Of a stretch of DNA of 64,000 nucleotides, positions 8,984 to 18,418 are shown piece by piece; position 1 is the stretch's first letter, and the number at the start of each line of letters is the position of its first letter. A program made the position numbers and the translations under genes. Under the pieces are notes generated by a model, which was given only the letters and a program-made list of their open reading frames with translations, made no database searches and was not told the DNA's origin. This DNA is from an uncultured virus (IMG/VR IMGVR_UViG_3300025158_000017) (Duplodnaviria > Heunggongvirae > Uroviricota > Caudoviricetes): IMG/VR virus record IMGVR_UViG_3300025158_000017; one strand, given 5' to 3'.

Positions 8984-9256
8984 ATGAAAAATCCAGAAGT
9001 AGAAGGCTTCGTTCTTTTAGTGCTGAAAAATGCAATCAAGATGTATGTCAATCATGGCATCAAAGCAAACCGCACATATACTCCTAAGAATATGCTGTTG
9101 AAAGCAGGTGAAATCACAGGAAAATCCTATAAAAGAGGAGAATTACCTGTAGCTCTTGCTGACCTTCAATCAAAATATGACGAGATCCTTGCAGCGCAGC
9201 AGAAAGAAGTCGATCATCAAGTCGATTTCCAGTATCACCACATTGGGAGGGACTGA
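8984..9256 (+). CDS. Hypothetical early protein
   Basis: RBS AAAGGT, follows promoter. Confidence 0.65.
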   Translation: MKNPEVEGFVLLVLKNAIKMYVNHGIKANRTYTPKNMLLKAGEITGKSYKRGELPVALADLQSKYDEILAAQQKEVDHQVDFQYHHIGRD

Positions 9257-9257
9257 C

Positions 9258-9482
9258 ATGACTCGTTATGTGAGTGCAGAAGCATTGAATACTGATGACT
9301 TCGGAGACAAATTCACTCATAAAGTCGGTGAAGTTGTTTATGATGCAAAAACTCGTCACGGTCCTTGGGCTACAATGACACAGCGTTCTTTTGATATGAA
9401 TGGACCCAAGAGACTTGGAACTGGTTTCGGTCAGAAATATGTTCGCAATGAACTTGGTCAACTTCACAAAGTAGAGGGCTGA
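9258..9482 (+). CDS. Hypothetical early protein
   Basis: RBS GGAGG; YDAKTRHGPWATM, LGTGFGQKY pattern. Confidence 0.65.
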   Translation: MTRYVSAEALNTDDFGDKFTHKVGEVVYDAKTRHGPWATMTQRSFDMNGPKRLGTGFGQKYVRNELGQLHKVEG

Positions 9483-9561
9483 TCATGATGTGTCTCAATT
9501 GGACGACAGGTAGAGGTGATTCACGTCGTGATCCAAGATTTGCAGAACAGGAGTTGCATCA

Positions 9562-9894
9562 ATGAGTTATGGATTATACAACTGGAGCTTTGAAAATCTA
9601 AACATTTATAATGATGTTAAAGATGAACCAAAGTCAGTTGATGTTGAATTTCAACTATGCTGCACAAATGTCGGTTATAGACCATCTGGTCTATTTGGTC
9701 CACCAGAACTGTATGATCCAGGTGAACCACCTACTTGGGAAATCAACACAATTGAGATTGTGTTTGATACTGTGAAAACTCTGAAAATCACAGAAGAACA
9801 GTTTGGTCAATTGTTTCCTGATGGGGATGATATGATCAATAATGCTATTGAAGCTGCGATAGACAATGGAGTAATAGAATATGACGAAGAATAA
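9562..9894 (+). CDS. Acidic hypothetical protein
   Basis: RBS AGGAG. Confidence 0.6.
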   Translation: MSYGLYNWSFENLNIYNDVKDEPKSVDVEFQLCCTNVGYRPSGLFGPPELYDPGEPPTWEINTIEIVFDTVKTLKITEEQFGQLFPDGDDMINNAIEAAIDNGVIEYDEE

Positions 9895-10213
9895 CACTCA
9901 GAAAAATCTTACTACTAAACAAGTAGTTGAGATTCATGGCTTTTTGTCAGAAGTTATTAATATAATTGATAGCCAGAATCATAAATATAAAACTGGCTGG
10001 ACAGACAAGCGTGTGTCTGAAAAATTCAAAACTTCACCATATCAAATTAGCAGAGTTCGTCGTGAAAATTTTGGTGAACTTCGTGCAACACCGACTTCAA
10101 CAACAGCTTCTCAATTAGAAGCTCGTATAACTGAACTTGAAAAGAAAGTATCAGATCTTATAAGTTTTGTTGAACAGAACTTTCAGCCTGAATATGAAGC
10201 AGTGAAGTCATAA
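9881..10213 (+). CDS. Hypothetical protein with HTH-like segment and coiled coil
   Basis: WTDKRVSE..ISRVRRENFG; LEARITELEKKV. Confidence 0.6.
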   Translation: MTKNNTQKNLTTKQVVEIHGFLSEVINIIDSQNHKYKTGWTDKRVSEKFKTSPYQISRVRRENFGELRATPTSTTASQLEARITELEKKVSDLISFVEQNFQPEYEAVKS

Positions 10214-10234
10214 ATTCAAAGAAAGGCAACTCTG

Positions 10235-10756
10235 GTGAATTTATTTATATTAGATGAAGATCCTGTCATTGCTGCTGCTGGACTAGATAACAAGCGTGTC
10301 AGTAGTGCTCTCAGAGAAGCAAACCAAATGATGTCTACAGCCGTGCTCAGAACGCCTCAGAGTGGCATGGAAATAGGGCCGGGGTTAGGTTGCGCACCAA
10401 CCCACCAAGACCATCCAGTGACGCTCTGGGTAGGCCAGACAATTGGGAATTTTACTTGGTGCTACGAATATGCAATGGCATGTATAAATGAGTGGGAGTT
10501 GAGATACGGAACAACACATGCGAGTGGAATACGAACCCCATACATATGGACATTTAGGAATTGCATACCTGATGGTCCCCTGCTATCATTTCAAAATAGT
10601 GCAAGACATGAAGGATTGGGACTCGATTTCACTCATCTGCCAGTTCCATATTCTTATAGGACATATCTACAAGAAAGATGGCTGACAGACAAACGGGCTC
10701 CTTCCTACAATAATAGGGAATGGCCAAAATGGGCGAATTGGAACCGAGAAGCATGA
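10235..10756 (+). CDS. Pyrimidine-dimer DNA glycosylase/endonuclease V-like protein
   Basis: MNLFILDEDP..AA..D.KRV, E..QM, PTH.DHP.TLW, RYG..H pattern. Confidence 0.65.
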   Translation: MNLFILDEDPVIAAAGLDNKRVSSALREANQMMSTAVLRTPQSGMEIGPGLGCAPTHQDHPVTLWVGQTIGNFTWCYEYAMACINEWELRYGTTHASGIRTPYIWTFRNCIPDGPLLSFQNSARHEGLGLDFTHLPVPYSYRTYLQERWLTDKRAPSYNNREWPKWANWNREA

Positions 10757-11049
10757 GAATCGCATCTGGACTTCGCGTTGGGTTTTGGAAACAGAACAAT
10801 AACTATTTCGAGGGAAGTCCATTCGTGCCCAAAGGATATTATACCGGACCTGATCTCGGAGACCACATACCTGGAACTTTACTTGAACAATCTTTAATGG
10901 AAGGAACACTACGTTTTCGCGTCGGTGTTCTTTTCCGTCCTGACTTAGGTAAGAGGCAACGCCTAGAAACAATTCTCATACTTGAGAACTGGATACCTGA
11001 GATGTTCGAATATGAAGATTGGTCGGAAGATTTAGCAATGGAGGCTTGA
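10753..11049 (+). CDS. Hypothetical protein
   Basis: ATGA overlap. Confidence 0.55.
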   Translation: MRIASGLRVGFWKQNNNYFEGSPFVPKGYYTGPDLGDHIPGTLLEQSLMEGTLRFRVGVLFRPDLGKRQRLETILILENWIPEMFEYEDWSEDLAMEA

Positions 11050-11051
11050 TT

Positions 11052-11300
11052 ATGACTGTTTATGTCGATGATAAGGAAATTCCTTTAGGGAGGATGAAGA
11101 TGTGTCATGTCGCTGCTGACACACGAGAAGAACTACAAGAAATGATGAAAAAGTTGGGAATCAAACTAGAATATATCCAACAAGAAGGCACATGGCGAGA
11201 ACACTTTGATATCTCTCAAATGAAGAGAGCTAAAGCTATCAAACTTGGTGCAGTTGAAGTCACCAGTAAAGAGCTTATTAAAATCTTACGAGACAAATAG
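11052..11300 (+). CDS. DUF4031 family protein
   Basis: MTVYVDD, MCH..ADT.EEL, HFDI...KR..AI..GA. Confidence 0.8.
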   Translation: MTVYVDDKEIPLGRMKMCHVAADTREELQEMMKKLGIKLEYIQQEGTWREHFDISQMKRAKAIKLGAVEVTSKELIKILRDK

Positions 11301-11368
11301 AATTTATCTTTTAAAGCCTTAAGGTGTAACCTAATGGTAGGCAATGGTGCCTATCAATGAGGTGAACA

Positions 11369-11557
11369 ATGAAGTCTCTACAAGAAATAGAGCGTGATAA
11401 ACTCCGGATGGAAGTTTTAATGCTTGAGCATCAATGCACTATGTATGTCCAAGAAAAAAGGTTTGACAGGGCGGCAGAACTTGCTGAGATTGCTCGCAAA
11501 AAACGCAGCAGAATAAACAAAATCACTATTGAGCGTATGCTCGCAGAACTGGAGTAA
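11369..11557 (+). CDS. Hypothetical early protein
   Basis: RBS GAGGTG behind a promoter cassette. Confidence 0.6.
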   Translation: MKSLQEIERDKLRMEVLMLEHQCTMYVQEKRFDRAAELAEIARKKRSRINKITIERMLAELE

Positions 11558-11562
11558 TTTAC

Positions 11563-11838
11563 ATGAAGAAATTTTATATTGATGTTGGTGTTGTCACCGA
11601 CAATGAAGCTCATCCAAACGCCAAAATTGGTGATACTGAATATCGATTCACGGATGACATGGACAGTCCAAGTTTTTCATATGATTACGTGTCATTGGAG
11701 AAAGGTATTGAAGAGAATTCTCCAGCAGTATTTATCTGGGTTCCTAAAGTAAGAAAAAATTTACGCCGAACTATGCAGATGAATGCGGAATTACCACAAA
11801 GACAACGTGATGTCCTTATCCTGAAAGGAATGATTTAG
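11563..11838 (+). CDS. Hypothetical protein
   Basis: RBS GGAG. Confidence 0.6.
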   Translation: MKKFYIDVGVVTDNEAHPNAKIGDTEYRFTDDMDSPSFSYDYVSLEKGIEENSPAVFIWVPKVRKNLRRTMQMNAELPQRQRDVLILKGMI

Positions 11839-12032
11839 TGGCTTTGTCTCAAGCCCAAAGACAGCAGATCGAATCTGCTACAGAAGCTGCTATTATGACA
11901 ATCTCTCTTGCAGGAGATGATTTTGTTAATGTTCTTATTTCAGTTATCCTAGACAGCACGTTGTCTGATAATGAAATAGAAGAACTTGGAAATCGAATTG
12001 GAAGAATTCCACAAGAAAGGCTTCGGAGATGA
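11838..12032 (+). CDS. Hypothetical protein
   Basis: Overlap chain. Confidence 0.55.
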   Translation: MALSQAQRQQIESATEAAIMTISLAGDDFVNVLISVILDSTLSDNEIEELGNRIGRIPQERLRR

Positions 12033-12343
12033 ATACATTTTACATCGCAGCAACTGATCGCATGTCTTGGGGTCGTGGAATAACAGAATGGGAAGCAATT
12101 GCTCATGCTTTATCACATGGTGGAATTGGAACTAAAACTCTTGTCATGTTTGAAATCAATTGCCCTGATGGTTCATTAGAGACTGATGTCAGAGTTAACG
12201 AAATGGGAAGTATTGCTGCTCCAAAAGGAAGCGAGATTAAACAAACTTCACAAATAATCAATGTTTTTACATTGAATGAAAAATTTATCACCTACAAAGA
12301 TATGGTCCAAGAACTCCTATATCCGGATGAAGAAATAGGCTAA
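12029..12343 (+). CDS. Hypothetical protein
   Basis: ATGA overlap, RBS GGAG. Confidence 0.6.
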   Translation: MNTFYIAATDRMSWGRGITEWEAIAHALSHGGIGTKTLVMFEINCPDGSLETDVRVNEMGSIAAPKGSEIKQTSQIINVFTLNEKFITYKDMVQELLYPDEEIG

Positions 12344-12414
12344 TAGAATTTGTCTTTGCAAACCTCCCGTGCAATTATACAGTATAAGGCAACCCTAACC
12401 AAGAGGTGAACAAA

Positions 12415-12729
12415 ATGAAAATAGATTACTTACCAACCGAAGACGACAATAGCTACACGATGTTCGCTTATTTCGATAAAGAAAAGAACAAAGTCGTCTG
12501 GGCTGGCATTTCAAACAATAACAGCATGATGAATGACATAATGGTTGACAGTGGCTATGCACAATTTCTAGTTTTTAGAAAAGATAAATGTGTGATCATA
12601 GAAAGCTGTGGATGGTATTCACCAGAATTCAAATTCAGATTTGAGATTACTGATACTCCAGAAAAAGCTATCTGTTTAGCGTCTTTCGCCGCAGATATGA
12701 TGGATAGACTTGATGCAGAGTCCTTTTGA
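12415..12729 (+). CDS. Hypothetical early protein
   Basis: RBS GAGGTG behind a promoter cassette. Confidence 0.6.
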   Translation: MKIDYLPTEDDNSYTMFAYFDKEKNKVVWAGISNNNSMMNDIMVDSGYAQFLVFRKDKCVIIESCGWYSPEFKFRFEITDTPEKAICLASFAADMMDRLDAESF

Positions 12730-13078
12730 TCCTTACGATGCAAGCCCCGAAGCAGTTGCATGGAGAAAATGGAATAAGAAAGTGATGCGTCCTTATGTCT
12801 GCAAACTTCCGAGAGATTATTGGTGGTTGAAATGGATAGCCATCTGGTTAGCGGCTGTAGCAGTAGCAGCAGGAAGCCTCTGAGCGCGCGTAGAAGGCAC
12901 CCTAGAGGCGCATGGAACAGCCCTGCGGGCGGTGGCTTGGTAACACCCGCAAAGGAAGCTCTGGGACCGTTCATAGTGGGTCTACCTTGCCCACAAGAAG
13001 GCTCTAAAATAGTGATTTCGGAATGAGCCGAGAAATCTGTTATAGAGTTGGTTCTGTGGGTTCGGAGTGATTCCTTTC

Positions 13079-13112
13079 CATTGTGGCGGGTCAGAAATGG
13101 CTCGCCACAATG
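13079..13112. terminator. Stem-loop, possible terminator
   Basis: CATTGTGGCGGGTC...GGCTCGCCACAATG inverted repeat directly before a promoter cassette. Confidence 0.45.
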
Positions 13113-13188
13113 TGACAAATAGATATTGTCTTTGGCACGTTCTCGTGCAATTATGCAGTATGGCAACCACAAACCAAAGGGGAATGAA

Positions 13189-13572
13189 ATGGACTACCTC
13201 AGCGAAGAAATCTCGATTTATCAATGCCAGACCTGCCTTGCAGCAGGTGAAAAGCATTTTTGGGTTGATGACCCTCATGTTGGCCTGTTCTGTGCAGAGT
13301 GTGGTAAAGAAGTAAAATACTCTCACTCACGCCCAGCGACTTGGTGGTCAGTAGGTGTTTATGAGATTGAAAGAGTATATGGTGGACCTAAAAAGGGTGG
13401 CCGGTTTTACACTACCGGAAACATCATTAAAGAATGGCTTGTAAGAGGCTTCCAAGATATGGATGAAGCTAACAACTACCGCTATGAGCTTGATGAAATG
13501 ATGAAACATAAAGATAACATTGATGTTCGTTGTTTCACTGAAAAACTTCCTTATCGTAGGTTTTCCGAATAA
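13189..13572 (+). CDS. Zinc-ribbon hypothetical protein
   Basis: CQTC...CAEC; YGGP..GG motif. Confidence 0.6.
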   Translation: MDYLSEEISIYQCQTCLAAGEKHFWVDDPHVGLFCAECGKEVKYSHSRPATWWSVGVYEIERVYGGPKKGGRFYTTGNIIKEWLVRGFQDMDEANNYRYELDEMMKHKDNIDVRCFTEKLPYRRFSE

Positions 13573-13601
13573 AAACCATTCTATTGCTGAAGGAGAAGCA
13601 G

Positions 13602-13781
13602 ATGAATACCGAAACCAGACTCTGGTTTACAGATACAAAGAGTGGAAAGAAATCGTTGATGGCAACGATCACTCCAACAAGCAGGTTCAAAACCTCAAGC
13701 CAAAAGGAGTTGAAAGAACTCCTGAAGACAAAAACATTTCAAGAAGTCTGTGAAGCTGCCAAATCAATTGTCTGTTACTGA
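13602..13781 (+). CDS. Hypothetical protein
   Basis: RBS AAGGAG. Confidence 0.55.
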   Translation: MNTETRLWFTDTKSGKKSLMATITPTSRFKTSSQKELKELLKTKTFQEVCEAAKSIVCY

Positions 13782-13852
13782 AAGCTAGACTTTGTCAGCC
13801 CTACCCTCGCATTGTATTGTATGGGTAGGGCAACACACACAAGGTGAGATCT

Positions 13853-14056
13853 ATGTTTGACGACTTACTTACAATTTTCAGCGGTGTTCGTGTAGAACAT
13901 GTCGGGCGTGTTTATTGCAAGACCGATAAACATCTCATTGCTTTTGATGCGTTCAATCAAGAGTTTCTGCTTTGGAATACAGTAGATCCTCTTGCTGCTG
14001 AACTCGTTGACCCTCAATCTTTCGATACACTGGAGGAGTTGAAATGTTCAATCTAA
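13853..14056 (+). CDS. Hypothetical early protein
   Basis: RBS AAGGTG; promoter TTGTCA-17-TATTGT upstream. Confidence 0.55.
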   Translation: MFDDLLTIFSGVRVEHVGRVYCKTDKHLIAFDAFNQEFLLWNTVDPLAAELVDPQSFDTLEELKCSI

Positions 14057-14436
14057 ATAAAAACGATATCGCCAGATGTGGTAAAAATATCGGTATCACT
14101 ATTAAGTGGGATGGTAGTGAATTCCAAGTTTATCCGAAAGGAACTGGTCCAGAGCATGATGAGTCATACTTCACGACAAATGGTGAAGATGCTTTAAGAA
14201 CTGCTCTCAGGATGGTTCAAAATAAAGAAGTTGGTTCTGTTCGTGAGTTTATGACTACAGAAGAGCTTGATATTTCAACAGTAGATTTCTGGATGGTTGA
14301 AGATGGGTATGCAGAGCATCCTATCGGAGATCGTTTATATGCTGTCGGAGATAATGTGTATCGTGTCGAGTATTCTGATGGTATAATCAAATACTACTTC
14401 TCTCTTAAAGAAGCACTAGAAGGATCACCAGAATGA
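14044..14436 (+). CDS. Hypothetical protein
   Basis: RBS GGAGG. Confidence 0.6.
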   Translation: MFNLNKNDIARCGKNIGITIKWDGSEFQVYPKGTGPEHDESYFTTNGEDALRTALRMVQNKEVGSVREFMTTEELDISTVDFWMVEDGYAEHPIGDRLYAVGDNVYRVEYSDGIIKYYFSLKEALEGSPE

Positions 14437-14777
14437 GAGCAATCTTAATCAATCCGTGGTTTAAATCAATCACTGAAGTCGATATTGGCGGAGACAATGA
14501 TATTGAGAAGCTACTCAACAATCCATTAGGACCAAAAGTCTATGTGTTCACATGTGGAATGATGTGGCCTAATGGTGACACTCTTTATATCGATGACGAA
14601 GGACTTCTCAAACCTGGAGGTAGAGCATTCACAATCCATACAGATGATGGAATAAAAGCTCTTGTCGGAAACGCCCTTATCTTGGGTTCTGATGAAGAGG
14701 GAAACAGTGTGGACGTGAAAGCCACGCTAACTGAAATTCAAACACTGGTTGACTGGCCATATATGGTGACAACATGA
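14433..14777 (+). CDS. DUF3846-like protein
   Basis: MRAILINP, LYIDDEGLL, GNALILGSDEEG. Confidence 0.7.
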   Translation: MRAILINPWFKSITEVDIGGDNDIEKLLNNPLGPKVYVFTCGMMWPNGDTLYIDDEGLLKPGGRAFTIHTDDGIKALVGNALILGSDEEGNSVDVKATLTEIQTLVDWPYMVTT

Positions 14778-14992
14778 GATACAAAGAAGAATCTTTAGCT
14801 GTGATTGGGAAAATTTCCAAAAGCGAGAAACTCAGGCTCTTATCAATTCTCCTGGAGACTATGGCTTCGGAGATCCGTGAATACATTGAGGTTATTCTCA
14901 ATATGCAGACAATTCACGATAGCCCCGATACTCTTATCGAAGTTCTTTATGAAATGGCTGGAAAGAAAGTTCCAATTGATGTGCTTCAATGA
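14774..14992 (+). CDS. Hypothetical protein
   Basis: ATGA overlap. Confidence 0.5.
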   Translation: MRYKEESLAVIGKISKSEKLRLLSILLETMASEIREYIEVILNMQTIHDSPDTLIEVLYEMAGKKVPIDVLQ

Positions 14993-15186
14993 CAGCTGAA
15001 TTTTTTATGCGACTATCTGTAGGAATTCTTATATGTGGAGTTGTTCCTGCATGTCTGGTGTATCTCATCATACATCACTTAGAAATTACATGGCTCAACA
15101 TTTTCCTAGTATCAGGATTAGAGAGCCTTTTCGTATTCCTTGCGTGGGAACTCGGCAAATGGGTAAGGGAATCCTGGAATGAGTGA
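14989..15186 (+). CDS. Small two-TM membrane protein
   Basis: Two hydrophobic stretches; ATGA overlap. Confidence 0.55.
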   Translation: MTAEFFMRLSVGILICGVVPACLVYLIIHHLEITWLNIFLVSGLESLFVFLAWELGKWVRESWNE

Positions 15187-15397
15187 GAAAGAAGTGAAGC
15201 TCCTCTATCAAGAGCTCGAATTCAGGTTTGTTCAATTTCAAGTTGAACTCGTAGCCCAAAGAAATAAAGAGGCTGAGCTTGCCGAAGCTCGTATCCATTA
15301 TCTGATCGAAGAGATCCTCAAACAATTGCGAGTCCACGCCTCCGACATCATCTCAAACACTGAGTTCGCGAGCCTCCTTTCGCAAAAACTTCAATAG
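15179..15397 (+). CDS. Hypothetical protein
   Basis: Overlap chain. Confidence 0.5.
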   Translation: MSEKEVKLLYQELEFRFVQFQVELVAQRNKEAELAEARIHYLIEEILKQLRVHASDIISNTEFASLLSQKLQ

Positions 15398-16056
15398 GGC
15401 ATTGGCTTCTTTCTTGGGAACACTTGTGATTCCTTGATATGTTGATCGACTTTCCTTTCGGGATACTTGACCAACAATTCGCGCCAATCTGGCTCTTTCA
15501 TTACATACAAGATGTTATCCGAGACGAGTGGTGTCTCATAAAGATTTAAATATTCTTTTTCACTTGATGTTGCTATCTCGTCAAGTGCATCTTGCATAAT
15601 CTGTTGCATGTCCTCATATGTGTGCTCTTTGGTGATTTCTTTATTCACCTGCATCCAGTGAAATAACGGCGCGCAGATCTGCCACTCCAATCCGTAAGTT
15701 AGGTCCATGGGATTACGAAAGATATAGGTCATCGAAACTCCTAAACCTTTCCTGTTCCTATTCTTTAGAACTCGTGGTTCATAAAGGACTGAGTTCACAA
15801 CTGCATGTCCCATTGATGTTTTGCTTGATGTGTTTCTAAGATCTTGAGTGAAAAAGCAATAATCATAAACGTCTCCGATCTTTGCTCCAGATGGGATTGC
15901 TCCTTCTCGGGCGGCTCTGTATAGTCTTAGGACTGCAACGAGATGGTGGATAGAGTAAAATCGTGGAAATCTGATATGATCTTTAGGCTGAGTTCTATAC
16001 CAGAGAATTCCTTCCTCATCTACTTCTGGGCGGGATGGTTGAGCCTTGTTGAACAT
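15391..16056 (-). CDS. Hypothetical protein, only clear minus-strand gene of phage B
   Basis: 221-aa ORF, RBS AGGAG on minus strand. Confidence 0.75.
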   Translation of the reverse strand: MFNKAQPSRPEVDEEGILWYRTQPKDHIRFPRFYSIHHLVAVLRLYRAAREGAIPSGAKIGDVYDYCFFTQDLRNTSSKTSMGHAVVNSVLYEPRVLKNRNRKGLGVSMTYIFRNPMDLTYGLEWQICAPLFHWMQVNKEITKEHTYEDMQQIMQDALDEIATSSEKEYLNLYETPLVSDNILYVMKEPDWRELLVKYPERKVDQHIKESQVFPRKKPMPY

Positions 16057-16068
16057 ATCTACTCCTAT

Positions 16069-16335
16069 AAGTATGGTTAGGTATGGCTGAACCTATATAG
16101 GTCTTATTGTTCATTTGCAATGGGTTAAGCGTCGCGATAAGACGTTAATTTGTTAAGAAGCTTGACCACCAGTTTTTTTGTGGTAAGCCCAAGGCAGGCG
16201 GCGGGAGGTTGCTGTGGTCTGCTGGGTTTTTAGTATGGTCAGACTTCTTATCTCTTTACTTCTTTTTATAAAGAAATAGAATATAATATTACCAATAAAA
16301 ACAAGGGGTTGAGGGATAAGAAGCTTGACCATACT
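16069..16335. repeat. AGTATGGTCA-type repeats, including a ~25-bp inverted pair around an AT-rich spacer
   Basis: AGTATGGTCAGACTTCTTATCTCT at 16232 vs GAGGGATAAGAAGCTTGACCATACT at 16311; further variants at 16070 and 16081. Confidence 0.7.
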
Positions 16336-16457
16336 TTATTTGATATAGACTCAGTATAAACTGTGGGAATTTAGGGCTGTTATTTCTGTTTGGGTTGAGA
16401 TAACCTGTAAAGCGAGAGATCTCGTCTCTTTCTTCATCATATGAATGCAGGTGATTA

Positions 16458-17081
16458 ATGATGACTGACGAATACACACAAGACACATATGACAATAATA
16501 ACGTGAGGAGGAGACCAATTTCGCTCCTGGATAGAAGATCAAAACCAGTAGTCGTGGATTACCAGGATGAGGATGGAGAGTGGCGACGTCGGATAAAAAT
16601 GTCCCGGATAAAATTTGGGGATACAGAAAAAGCCATATTCTTGGAAGAATACCGGAAGTGGGGAAGAATGGGAGAGAGCGCCGCTAAGGTGGGAGTCTCG
16701 ACCCAATGTGTCCGAGCTCATATACACGAAGATGAAGAATTCGCCGAAGCTCTCCTGATTGCTGAGGAAGAGTATCGAGAGAAACTCATTGGGCATCAGC
16801 AAGATCTTGTCTTTAATGGGACGATAAAGAAGAGTTATGATAGAAATGGTAATCTCGTTTCTGAAGAGACAATTTATCCGATTCGTCTCATTGAACTAGA
16901 ATTGAAGAAGCATGATCCTGGATATAGAGAGCGCCAAGAAGTCTCTGTCAATCATTCTGGTGGTGTTCTAGTTGCTCCAGCAGAAATGTTGTCAATTGAT
17001 GATTGGGAAAAGAAATTCCAGAACATGAAAAATGTCACACCGGATCCTCTCTTGATAAATGTTGAGGATGAAGACGATTGA
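16458..17081 (+). CDS. terS: Terminase small subunit
   Basis: FLEEYRKWG..SAAKVGVS HTH, DEEFAEA, LELKKHDPGYRE, HSGGVLVAP. Confidence 0.75.
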   Translation: MMTDEYTQDTYDNNNVRRRPISLLDRRSKPVVVDYQDEDGEWRRRIKMSRIKFGDTEKAIFLEEYRKWGRMGESAAKVGVSTQCVRAHIHEDEEFAEALLIAEEEYREKLIGHQQDLVFNGTIKKSYDRNGNLVSEETIYPIRLIELELKKHDPGYRERQEVSVNHSGGVLVAPAEMLSIDDWEKKFQNMKNVTPDPLLINVEDEDD

Positions 17082-17276
17082 CCGAGTAGATCAATCCTAA
17101 AATCGGCCGAGTGAGTTTATCCGAGTCGTCATCCTCCTTTCGTCAGATGATTTATATTATCATCTTCATCTTCGAACCTCTGCTCTCACAGGATGAGATA
17201 AATAGAACTGTTCTTTGTGTGTGTTCCTGTGTTAGTGTGTAGGTAGGCAATGGTGCCTATCAACGAGGTAAACCAA

Positions 17277-17558
17277 ATGGAAATCAAGCTCTACTCACCA
17301 AAGGTCTGGTCTTATAATCACTTGGACCAGAATGGTCATGCTCTACCGGGTCATGGTCATTTCTGCCGAGAAGTCCCTTACTCTGTCTACCAAGATAGTG
17401 TGAAGAACAACAAGGTTGGAGATATCGTTCGCGCACATGCAAGCAGCCCCGGCATTGGCTTCGTTGATCATCGCATAACCAGGATTGATGAAACTGGTGT
17501 CTATGCTGTAGAGGTCAACAACACGATAAGAGAACTCACTAAGGAGGATGTCATATGA
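17277..17558 (+). CDS. Hypothetical protein
   Basis: RBS GAGGT behind a promoter cassette. Confidence 0.65.
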   Translation: MEIKLYSPKVWSYNHLDQNGHALPGHGHFCREVPYSVYQDSVKNNKVGDIVRAHASSPGIGFVDHRITRIDETGVYAVEVNNTIRELTKEDVI

Positions 17559-17672
17559 TGTCCAAAAGAATTGTTGCCAGCCTTCAATCGGCAACATTTA
17601 AGTAAAAATCGGCCGAGTCAGTTCTTCTGACTCGGTCTTCTCTTGAGTCATCTTCTTCTTCGAATATCTTTC

Positions 17673-17730
17673 AGATAAATGAGGATGAAGATAAAGAAGA
17701 GATAAATGAGGATGAAGATAAAGAAGAGAT
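17673..17730 (+). repeat. 27-bp purine-rich tandem repeat, 2 copies
   Basis: AGATAAATGAGGATGAAGATAAAGAAG x2. Confidence 0.9.
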
Positions 17731-17802
17731 GGGTTGTTCTCCCCGCGTCACATTCTACTGTGTAGGTGGGTAATAATGCCTGCACAAAGAAAGGTAAAAC
17801 CG

Positions 17803-17967
17803 ATGGACAATCAATCACATGGCCCGTTTCGTAAAACCCACATTTACACGCTTAACCTGCCCAAGAAGTTCTTGCGTGAAACTCTTGCCCAAATGACAGA
17901 AGAGTATCTGGCTCTTGGTGGCAAGATCACTGTCGGTCGCACAGTATGGGCGCGGGGGGCACGGTGA
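17803..17967 (+). CDS. Small hypothetical protein
   Basis: RBS AAAGGT; EYLALGGKITV motif. Confidence 0.6.
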   Translation: MDNQSHGPFRKTHIYTLNLPKKFLRETLAQMTEEYLALGGKITVGRTVWARGAR

Positions 17968-18123
17968 TGGTGTGGGGGTCAACAGCGTCCATGTGGTGAT
18001 GTTACTCTCCACGCATCTGGTCCTCGGCCTCGGTGCAAAGGTGACACTTTGCGATTCACACTCTATAATGGTGATGAAGAAGTTCGTTCTGTTTAGTTTC
18101 AAGCAGTAATCAACGATTGAAAT

Positions 18124-18154
18124 GAGTGAGGGCTTCGGTCCTCACTCTTTCTTT
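18124..18154 (+). terminator. Rho-independent terminator
   Basis: GAGTGAGGGC-TTCG-GTCCTCACTC followed by TTTCTTT. Confidence 0.8.
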
Positions 18155-18418
18155 GGGCGACTATCATCTTCTTCTTTTCAAAAATTGACGAGTGATTGAT
18201 TGACCGAGTCGGTCAATCCGATCGTCTCTTCAACCGTCAAAATCATTATCTTCTTCTTCTTTCCTCGCCTCATTTTGCTGCACCGCAGCATCCACACATG
18301 CCGCAGCGCAGCAATAAAAATTTTAAATTCTTTTAGTTTGGCCTTAATTTTGCCACATTTGCCTGCCATATATGTAATTGCCAATAACGGCGCAACACAA
18401 GCAAAAGGCACTAACACA

